Below are positions 27,601 through 36,490 of a DNA stretch of 64,000 nucleotides, piece after piece. Under the pieces are notes generated by a model, which had not been told where the DNA came from, searched no databases, and saw nothing but the letters and a program-made list of their open reading frames with translations. The stretch lies in the NCBI GenBank assembly GCA_000934665.2, contig KZ538064.1, positions 62,001 through 126,000 of the forward strand. Reading direction: 5' to 3'. The DNA comes from Catajapyx aquilonaris. Its lineage: Eukaryota. How positions within the stretch are numbered: the first letter of the stretch is position 1; each line of letters begins with the position of its first letter. A program made the position numbers and the translations under genes.

Positions 27601-30600
27601 CATGTGGGGAGGTTTTTTTTAAAAAAATTGCTTTCATTTTTGCTTCCATGGCTGAGATATCATCTTGCATCATGCTTAACTCCTTGAGGGTGGGTCTGCC
27701 AGCATAATTATGCTGTACTTTCAAAATACAACACATCTGCATGTAGGCGCAAGATTGACTTTCTAGATGAGTTGCCTGGAAACTTAACTATGAGCACAAG
27801 ATTGGCTATTCTCTGTATAATACCTCCGAGGAGGTCTGCGCTACCCAATATTAAACATAATTATTAAGATTGGTTTTTTCGTACTGTGCCTGTGCTAAAG
27901 CCATAATTATCTGCTGCAAGATGGCAACCAGAAGCAGGTTATGGAGGGACAAACGTCCAAGTGCCATCTCTTCTCCCTTTGCATCATTTCCTTTAGCTCA
28001 CACTAGATGGAAGGAGCTTAGCCCTTTTCACATGGTAGGAAAATGGTTATACAGTACCTAGTTGCCCCGCATGTCACATAAAAAGGTACTGCTATTAAGA
28101 AATTGATGTAGATCAAAATGAAAGTGATTTTGACAGGTTGGCAATAAGGGAGTCTCCTATAAATTATGTCACGCTGGTCAAGCTTTGGGAGGACAGGAGG
28201 TGGGTTGATGTCAGTACAATTGACCATGACATGGGGGTCGACAGGTTTATATTCTACAGCAACAATATAAATTTTCATCCAACCACTGACATAAGGAGCA
28301 TTGTTACAACATGATAAAAAGTAATGTAAGTCCCTGCATACATGCAATGCGTTTAATCTATCAACACTGCACACCTGGAGAGACTTTCTTTTATCTAGGC
28401 CATACGTTAAACACATACACATCCCACCACTGAAAACCAACTCAAAAGTTTACAGCAGCAGATGAATGGCCCCAATGATCCTTTCAACATTCCAGTATCT
28501 GTATGACATTACGAGTCTACAGGCTTATTTTTTCAGTCAGCAAGGATGGACTCAAGCTCCTGTTTCAGTGCAAATATTTCATGAACTTCCCCTAATGCTG
28601 CAGCCATCAACACGTAGAGTCAACAAGACTAATTTATCTTTGATCATAACTGCAATCTTAACATGCCCACCATACTTACAGGGAAGAGATGAGGTGGCAT
28701 AACAAGTACTCAGCAGCAACAGTGTCTCCAGAAAGGCAGGTGATGAGGATGTTGAGGAGTTTACTCCTGACCTCGGTTACTTCCATCTCGTCAAGAGTGG
28801 CAGGTGCAAGGTGAGGATTGCTGTAAGGGACCTTCCTGTGGGCCACCACGTGCAGACGGGGGACCAAGGACGGTGGGGGAGAGTGTGCGGCACCCTCACT
28901 ATCCCCATCTCCCTCTTCAGCAAGGCAAGGATGGACGCTCACGATGCCCACAAATTCAATCACATCATTCAGACTGAACTTGCCATCAGAGTCATACACC
29001 TGTCAAAGTTAACATTCCTATCAATATGCCTTGCTCACTTGGCATTTACAAAAGAGCAAGTGCCTGTACTAACATGTAACCAGAAATTTATTTAGCAAAG
29101 TAATATAAGAGTGCAAATTTATGCAACTTGCACTTCACATCAATGAGCATGTGACTTGGCTGATAAGAGTCATTATACATTTACATGTCCAAAACTTGAC
29201 CTAGATTCGGCAGAAACTTGTCCATCATATAATTAACATTTCGTTACAGTGGATGGCACTTGAACCCACCTTGACGAGACACGCTTGTCCTTTTGGATCA
29301 GGAATAGGGAAGCTCAGATCTGTAGCCTTCGTAACAGTGGAAGCAGACGATGCCCCTTCACCTGCTTCTGGTCGATTCCCTTCCTCCTCTGGGCGTACCC
29401 GCTTCCCCTCTGGGCTTATCTGGAGTGCAGACACATCCGGAATGGGTGCTGCTGCCTCATCTTCTGCACAGTGCTTGCGCTTTGCATTCGGGGACTCCTC
29501 CATCATCGCATCACTGGCATGCTCCAATCTCACCATGGATGAGTATGCGTAATCAACGGTTAAGGGGCATAGCCATAAAAGCATCACCTATAACACAGGT
29601 CAAATTTTTTTTGCCCTGTATCAACAAAAAGGATATCTCTTGCACCCATTCATTTTCACCTGGAACTGAAATGCAGTACAATGTTTGTCTGTCGTCATTT
29701 ACAGACTTGTCGGAATCATATAAAATCTCCTCGTGGATCTGAAAAGACAAAGTTATTGCAATGAGAGATAAACATACCGAGTAAAGGCCCACGTCCACCA
29801 CCACATTTCAAGGGCTTAGACCTTGACTTAGACAGTGGGAATGGTCCTTGGCTCAGTGAGGCAGACATGTACGCAAGTTGCTCGTATCATGATCGATACA
29901 AGGCAAATCTTTCAAAATGCATCATTTTAACTTAAAATACCACTTATGCAATGCATGTACAATAGTCACCAAACCATTTGTCATGTTACTGAATTCCTAC
30001 ACCTTGTAAGACTGGCCAATTTCATGTCCTCTCATGTCACGCTTCCCATAATAAGATGGCTAAACATCAAAAGATGTACTCCACTTGCACTTGCATTGCA
30101 GAGATAGACCTACACAAAATCATTATTTGCACCTCAACTATGCAGCCTCAGGAAAAAGTGCTGGCTCACTATGATACTTCAACTCCAACCTCTATCCAAA
30201 TTCAAGAAAAACTTCAGGTGACAAGACCCGGGCAAAGTTGCAGAGCTGTCGTGTCACGCATAATAATTTCCACAAAAAAATACGGAGTAATCGAAAAAGA
30301 ATGTCCCATTTTAAAAACTCTATAACTCGAAAACTTGCAGATATATCTGAATGATTTAAGTTTTCAAATACTAAGGAAGGTCAAGAGGGAGGCGGAGTGG
30401 TGCTGCGGTAACGTATGTGCCCATGGATGTTAAGGTCCCGGGTTCGATCCCAGCCCGGGGACACCCCCTTCATCTTGTACAGAGTTAGGCTGTCTCTGGC
30501 TTCGTCTCGGGTGGTATCTCCATGGACAAACCACCCGGAGGAGTTCACAAAACGACCACACATGAGACATTGCACTGCACCTTGCACATCCCCTCCTGTC

Positions 30601-30710
30601 AGCCTGCCCGTGGGCCCAGGCGTTTCAAAAATATGGTCTCACTGTACTATGTACTACAAGTTACAATAAAGGTCCGTACCGCATACCCCAGGGTCAGGCA
30701 CTACCCAAGG

Positions 30711-30781
<71 letters not shown>

Positions 30782-32846
30782 TAAGGAAGGTCTAAAGTTT
30801 TGGTTTCAGCTTCGTTTGTTTCGATAATTATGTGCACCATTTGTCGCTTGGCAGATAAAAAAGGAGGTACATAGTCTCAAGCCCAACCGGCTCAATGACA
30901 TTTGGAGTCACCGTTGCAATCCTATCCCGCAGGTGCTGGATATCTCTGATATTTACACCACAGACATTGTTCTTGATGATTCAAATAAAAAAAGTCGCCT
31001 CATCAATGAAATAAACCTGCCGTAGAAACATTTCATTTGTTCAGCCTCCCAGTGTGAGCAGTATGCAATGAGAAGTTTCCTATACTGCTAGCCCTTCCAG
31101 AAGCCCAGATTTTACCCCAATTGACTTTTTTTGTGGAGATGCATGTATGGTGAAAAGATTCGGTATCTCCAGCACCTATGGGAAAAAATTTTAACGGTAA
31201 TGCCAGACATGTCTGAGCAGGTTAGGCACGACACCGATTACCTTATTTACATTTTTTGAGTGACAAATGGAGCTCATATCGAAACAAGCTATGGTAAGAT
31301 CAAAACTTTACACATTTCTTAACATTCCAAAACTTAAATCATTTAGATATGTCTACAAGTTTTCGAGGTGTAGGGTTTGAAAAATTGGACATTCTTTTTC
31401 GATGACCCTGTATAAGACAACACTAAGAACTGTGGGTCAGCAATACTACATGAGGCTGGTCGAGGAAAACTTCCATAACTAACCAAATTTTACCTAAATA
31501 ACTGTCTTGCTAAAGGAGTCTATTTCTCAAGCCTTTCATTAAATAATGCAATGCTTGGATGAAAGTGTGATGCATCCATTAAGACACTGCATATTCCAAA
31601 AATATATCCTAATGCAAGTCTGGTCAGAATGTTCAGGATTAAAATTTGGTTATCATTTAATTAAGCACATATTAATGTAGCAATTTGAGTCTCTTCCTAT
31701 AACTTATTGCATTCAGATCACTTACGTTGCAATCTGCAAGGTCCTTGTATCGCCCTGTCCTGACCACACTCTGGCCAGTCTTGTTATCCTTCACCTCAAA
31801 CTTCCCAAGGAAGAACTCCGGATCGAACATATCCTGCACCATGCAGCGGAAACGAGCCATCTGGTTATCCCGCAGAGCATGTGAAGGTACCGAGTTCAGG
31901 AGAGGAATCTAGAAATGAAAATTTTATAAGGCTCATTCAAACACTCCAAACAGCACTACAATACCTGGCCCCAAACAGATTCATCCTTAAGCTTGTCCTG
32001 AAAGTACTTGGCAATTTCCGCCTTCCAGTCCCCATCTTTGTGCTTTTCTGAAATCGCAGAAAAATAGCACTGCATGAGACATTACATACTGTAAAGTCCC
32101 TTTACAAAACTGCTGGTAAATTTAAAAACGGTTTAGGCTCCTATCTCCCTCCACATGAATATTCTGCTCCCCTTCTTTAAAATCAAAACTATGTGTAGAC
32201 TCCAAACACCTGCCGCCATGGTGAGAATGCCCCACAGAACCAGGCCACCTGCACCAGGCAAAACAAGCATCATCATGTTTGGATCAACGACCAACGCTAC
32301 ATTACTCTGTTAGCAATGAATTATCTGCAAGCATTATCATAACAATGTCACGGCCATGGCCAGGGAGATCAGTGAACCATTTTCTCATTGCCACAGGTCG
32401 GCGCATATTATAAATGACGATCAGTCTCAAGTGGTTTTCAAGTTGCTTTAAACGTACGTGGCTTCCGTTTAAGGGAAGCCATGCGCCTTCAGGTGTCCTC
32501 CGCACATCTTGCACAAGCAACTGTGCTGGCCGCACTTGAAAAACTTCCCGAGATATGACAAAATGGTATAAACATGGCTGGGGACTGCTTTGAAAGAACG
32601 TGACATATTTTCATGTGCGTACTGATATGCAAGTAGCAGCAGTTGCCAATAGACAACGGTGCAAATTTCATGAATTATTCAAGTACACAATATTTCTGTC
32701 CCTGTTTATTGTTCCATTTCCTTTGTGTGCTGCTGAATTCCTTTACAGTTTTTCCTTCCCTCCACCCCCGTTCCTACTAAAAATGTACCGAAGATGGAGT
32801 CGACGATGCTCAAGGGGGAGTTGACCCAGTCCACAAGGCAAGGCAT
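12573..32846 (-). CDS. MCMBP: Mini-chromosome maintenance complex-binding protein, complete spliced CDS (12 coding exons, 616 aa)
   Basis: Exons assembled by hand with consistent phases (58+83+183+102+279+320+168+110+134+198+89+127 = 1851 nt). The translation is colinear with vertebrate MCMBP as I recall it: [142 protein letters not shown]. Confidence 0.96.
14454..14542 (-). CDS. MCMBP: MCMBP exon 11 ([30 protein letters not shown])
   Basis: Acceptor TGAAG (weak), donor AG|GTAAAA; phase 0 to 2; VExDFVExR motif. Confidence 0.9.
15222..15419 (-). CDS. MCMBP: MCMBP exon 10 (GDVQVPWRP...[25 protein letters not shown])
   Basis: Acceptor CCCTCCAG, donor GTTAGT; 66 codons; YSLSDEIQ resembles vertebrate YSISDEIT. 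Confidence 0.88.
18388..18521 (-). CDS. MCMBP: MCMBP exon 9 ([45 protein letters not shown])
   Basis: Acceptor TTGCAG, donor CCG|GTAAGT; phase 1 to 0; WQKVDYDF motif. Confidence 0.95.
26034..26318. mobile_element. Non-autonomous hAT-type MITE, 285 bp
   Basis: 15-bp TIRs CAGGGGTGGTCAAAC / GTTTGGCCACCCCTG (1 mismatch); 8-bp target duplication CTATAGCG / CTATAGTG. Confidence 0.85.
26351..26460 (-). CDS. MCMBP: MCMBP exon 8 ([36 protein letters not shown])
   Basis: Acceptor TTTTCAG, donor AG|GTTTGC; phase 2 to 1; KDYxxNxLxSGxLQ and LVLDET. Confidence 0.94.
27228..27395 (-). CDS. MCMBP: MCMBP exon 7 ([20 protein letters not shown]...[13 protein letters not shown])
   Basis: Acceptor CTTTTAG, donor CG|GTAAGT; phase 2 to 2. 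Confidence 0.94.
28680..28999 (-). CDS. MCMBP: MCMBP exon 6 ([18 protein letters not shown]...[12 protein letters not shown])
   Basis: Acceptor GACAG, donor GTAAGT; phase 0 to 2; [13 protein letters not shown] motif. Confidence 0.95.
29270..29548 (-). CDS. MCMBP: MCMBP exon 5 ([10 protein letters not shown]...[17 protein letters not shown])
   Basis: Starts after the AC acceptor; donor AAG|GTGGGT; 93 codons. Confidence 0.92.
29549..29636 (-). other. U12-type (minor spliceosome) AT-AC intron, 88 nt, MCMBP intron 4
   Basis: Minus strand reads GAG|ATATCCTTTTTG ... GCCCCTTAACCGTTGATTAC|GCA: U12 5' consensus, CCTTAAC branch site 10 nt from the terminal AC, and removal gives the in-frame junction WVQE/AYSS. 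Confidence 0.93.
29637..29738 (-). CDS. MCMBP: MCMBP exon 4 ([34 protein letters not shown])
   Basis: Acceptor TTTTCAG; ends at the U12 donor ATATCCTTT; 34 codons. Confidence 0.93.
30283..31410. mobile_element. Degenerate Tc1/mariner-superfamily derivative with long inverted arms, interrupted by a SINE
   Basis: TA-flanked ends CGGAGTAATCGAAAAAGAATGTCC / GGACATTCTTTTTCGATGACCCTG; transposase C-terminal relics [13 protein letters not shown] (about 31093..31131) and VTNGAHIE (about 31260..31283). Confidence 0.82.
30383..30780 (+). mobile_element. tRNA-derived SINE with (ATT)n tail
   Basis: A-box-like TGGTGCTGCGGT (30398..30409); B box GGTTCGATCC (30441..30450); about 23 ATT units at 30711..30780; exact target duplication CTAAGGAAGGTC at 30371..30382 and 30781..30792. 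Confidence 0.9.
31726..31908 (-). CDS. MCMBP: MCMBP exon 3 (IPLLNSVP...[17 protein letters not shown]...[10 protein letters not shown])
   Basis: Acceptor TTTCTAG, donor GTAAGT; 61 codons; conserved [14 protein letters not shown]. Confidence 0.95.
31965..32047 (-). CDS. MCMBP: MCMBP exon 2 ([28 protein letters not shown])
   Basis: Acceptor TTTCAG, donor CAG|GTATTG; phase 1 to 0; DWxxxIxxYFxxKLK motif. Confidence 0.92.
32789..32846 (-). CDS. MCMBP: MCMBP coding exon 1 ([19 protein letters not shown])
   Basis: ATG at 32846; resembles the MCMBP N-terminus MPCxxDWxxxPL; donor G|GTACAT, phase 1. Confidence 0.92.
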
Positions 32847-32950
32847 CCCTCGATGCAACAGCAGGTACGCCGGTACCGAACAAACGGTGCACAACAAGAC
32901 AAGACAACACGCTGGAAAAGGATGCCGGGAAATGGCCGGTAGTGCAACAG

Positions 32951-33167
32951 ATCGATACCATCCACAGACAATGGAGGCGCCAAAATTTTTCGCAACTGCG
33001 CAATTTCGCAATATTTGCATTTAAACCTAAATATGACGTCAGACTTATATTTTTACACCCCCAATATTTTCCGATCACATTTTTGTTTCTTCACATTGCA
33101 CATATTTCCAGGCTTGTAGCACACGGTATTTCCAGGCCTGGCGAGCACATGGAGCGCGTGATTTGAA
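32951..33167. promoter_or_regulatory. MCMBP proximal promoter with cell-cycle-type motifs
   Basis: CpG-rich region. TTTTGGCGCC E2F-type site at 32976..32985 (minus); 7/8 DRE match TATCGAT at 32951..32957 (minus); GCGCGTGATTTGAA, a CDE/CHR-like arrangement, at about 33154..33167. Short motifs only. Confidence 0.5.
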
Positions 33168-33324
33168 TTTGAGCTGGCTGATTGAGCATTACCGTACGGG
33201 GTTTGTGGGTACTGCGGGCTGATGCCTAGTTCTTTTAGCAGGTGACAGCCTGGCGGTATGTTCGCAAAAAAATTAGCGTTATTTACGATGTGTTTGGCGA
33301 ATAATTTATGGGGGGAGACACATT

Positions 33325-33389
33325 GCTCGAACGTACAACATGTCAGAAGGCTTGATCATCAAGCCTTCTGACATGTTGTACGTTCGAGC
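33325..33389. repeat. Perfect inverted repeat, 32-bp arms with 1-nt spacer
   Basis: GCTCGAACGTACAACATGTCAGAAGGCTTGAT-C-ATCAAGCCTTCTGACATGTTGTACGTTCGAGC. Confidence 0.97.
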
Positions 33390-33611
33390 CTTGATGGCAT
33401 AAAACCCGACCTTCACTTTTGTAACTGCGCGAGACGAACCAGCCATTTCCTACAGGAAAAACAAGTTGAGAAAGGTACTTATGGGAGATTATATTACCAA
33501 TTTCCTGATCATTCGGAAGGCAATCTGGACAATCCTCTTACGAAGATGGAGTCAGAAGAGCGAACAGAAGAGTTCCCTCATGTCGTATAAAAGTAAGGCG
33601 CAGATAATATA

Positions 33612-33821
33612 CAGGGTGTTTCAACTTTTTTTGACCTAACAGTTATCGGAAATATTTCACTATAAGCTGCTACTTTTGTAAGCAGTGACTTGCAACCGGT
33701 TTGTCTGCGAGGAATGGGGAATATTCCCTGCGAATCTTAGGTTGAAGTGGCATGCACTCAAAGTAGCAGCTTAGTGCAATATTTCCGATAACTGTTCGGA
33801 CAAAAAAGTTGAAACAACCTG
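33612..33821. mobile_element. Tc1/mariner-type MITE, 210 bp
   Basis: TA on both sides; roughly 65-bp imperfect TIRs starting CAGGGTGTTTCAACTTTTTTTGACCTAACAGTTATCGGAAATATT. Confidence 0.88.
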
Positions 33822-35299
33822 TACGAGTATATAATAATACACGGTATCTATTGTTGTCATTTCAGTTTTTTTTAGATTTCCGGTAATTATCGCGTTAATA
33901 AATTACTTTCTACGCAACGTAAAGAGTTCATTTTCCAATATGTTTTTGGTTTATCTTCTCATAACTATTATAGTGTGTCACATATCTCAGGTTTCTACGT
34001 TATTGAACCCTGTCAAATAAAATATGACAGCCATTATTACAATGTGAATGATTGACTGATTGAGCTTCACCCTACATTAAATAAGAAGAAAATTATACAA
34101 GCTGACTATAATTGAACTATAGCGCGAATACTGCCACTCCCACACCACGTGCTGCATCACCTATACTCATACTCATAATTAACTAATAAAATGAAGCGGT
34201 GTCCTATTCAATCAAGTCCAATATTGAATCAAGACTCTGGCATGACTCCATTACAGTGCATTATTGCTGCTGTCATTTTCTCCCTGGCGCAGTAAAACTC
34301 GGCCAGAAATTGGCCAAGTGCAAGGGCCGTTGACAACTTGAATTGATTGCTGTCTCCCAGAGTTGATTCATGACACGACTAGAGTTTTCACTCGATTTTC
34401 GCTGCACTTGTTCTGGAGACCTTTTGTCAAAAGCAAGCCGCAAATCACTGCTGATGCTGGAGGCTTTGCGGTCCAGAGCGACTATATAGACAGACCTTTC
34501 TCTTCAACCTGTGGGGCCCGCATCTGGGTATGACCCGAGTGTGTGAGCACTTGATATCCCCGCATTTTATAGCATTTCATGCTCTGACAATCCCGCAACG
34601 TGAATTACAGTACCGGTAACGATACTGGTAAGAAACTGGCCTCATTCTGTCCAGGCCACGCAGCACGTGTAACCTTCAGAAATCAAAAGTGCCAGAATCC
34701 CTCCAACGAAAGCTGATTTTTCTGTGCAAAGAAGCTTTGGGCTCTCTTTCAACTCCGTGTGCATTCGGACTTTGAACACAGCTGCAGCGTAGGAGGGACT
34801 CGATTGGAAGTGGACGACATAAAGCTGCCAGTAAAATAAAGCCGTCATATCCAGTGAGCTAGCCTTCAATGCAGATGCCGCGCCATAATAAGCTTGCAAA
34901 ATGCGACAGAATTCGTGGCCTTTTCCCAGCTTCGCGGCTTTTAAATGCTCAAAGTGATAGTTAAAGGGGCTTCTGCATTGTATACTGCAGGATAAACATA
35001 GATATTGCGAACTAAATACACGAGGTGACGTGCAGGGCGAGGAGTAATTGCCCTGAAAAATTGCATTCGCAGAAATTCAATTGCACGTTTGGATAGGCCA
35101 TTACAGTGCCAATTTTTGGAATGTAGTGGTGAAAGGCTTGTCACTGCGTTTATTTTGGTCAGCGGCACATCCAATTTGTGCCGCTCGTGAAAAATGAGGT
35201 TATCAATTACTCTAACATTAGCATATGATTGTCAATAATGCACCGCCATTATTTTGCACACAATATTCCGTCCTCATTATCCTTTCAACTACACTTTTT

Positions 35300-36490
35300 C
35301 CATGGCGAGTAGCAGGTTTCGTATTGATAAAAAAAGGCATCGGAAGGCCAAAAAAGCTATAGGCAATGTGAGAAATAACAAGCCATGATCAGTTATTTCT
35401 TTGGATATATTTCTTAGAATTATAACGAGTTCACTGAATCTGCCACGTGTGTGTATATAGACCTTCGTGTTGCTTAATACCCAATTAGCCATATTCTATA
35501 GCATTTGAAAGGCTTTCGGAATACGACCCTTGACATTCAGTATTAACTTATATTATTATTTCTTGCCAGCTCTCATTACGGTTCCTAAGTATTGTTATGA
35601 GTCTTTTTGCCAGTCTGTAGTTAGTATAGGCCACATGGATTTCATTCATTAAAAATATTATTTTCGAGTTTTTTTGAGTTGTTGTGCTTATGACTGGGTA
35701 GTCTAGAATGCTTTTACGTCTTTGTTTTCTTTTGGAGTAGTATGATGTAGCTGAGCAACGTCCCTGCTTAACCTTTCCGACCATGGCAACCTCTCATTAA
35801 TTCCTTCCATCCCATCGTCTTGCACAATAGAGCCCAAACCTCATCTATCTTTTCTCCATGTCAAAGCCTATACCGACTTCTTCCATGGCTTTCCGTCTAC
35901 GATGATTTACATATTTATAGCACCCATAAGTCGATTTTGACAATCATAATGACGTGTATTCAAATGTTACATGTAGGGTAAAAAAAATATTTCCAAAAGT
36001 GATACAGTGTACAGAAAGTTGCACAAGTCACGCAAACATCAGCCAATATGCTGCTAGATGTATTAAAAAATATGTCCTAACATTTACTCCAGTAAGCCAA
36101 AAGTTCCGGTTCGGTTGTTAATCATTTATTGAAAAAAACTTGAGGCAGCATTTATATGTGCAATAATTGCACTGTACATGTCCACAAAGCATCCGGCTAT
36201 TCGACTGTAATTCGCGAGTTGATTTTCCAACTTGCGGTGTATAGTGTACACCATCGAGGTCAACTAGGTTAGTCGAAAAGTAAACTGACCTGGAAATGGG
36301 CAACTCCAGCATGACTATTGCCAATTCAATAACGGTGTCTGTGCGGCCATAACATTTTTGATAGCCGAATGCAATTTTTTTTTCGCCCGAAACTGTACCG
36401 TCCAATATAGATTGAAGCAAACAAAATTGAGCCAACAAGGTATAAAAAAAATCCCTATAGACCAGTAGGTTTCCTAAACACTTCATAAAC
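35300..36490 (-). mobile_element. Possible highly decayed Penelope-like retroelement relic (boundaries approximate)
   Basis: Ordered weak motif resemblances on the minus strand: IEL...NLVDLDGVHYTPQVG, YWSKC*DIF (cf. WxRYVDDIF), ILDYPVIS...KIIF...IHVAYTN, KVYIHTRGR (cf. GIY-YIG YIGQTGR). Judged by eye only. Confidence 0.3.

Noticed and set aside
30390..30460. tRNA gene candidate (A and B boxes)
   Set aside because: It is the SINE head: followed by a body, simple-repeat tail and target duplication, with no convincing cloverleaf or T-run terminator.
30522..30827. ORF with a poly-isoleucine run
   Set aside because: Translation of the SINE (ATT)n tail.
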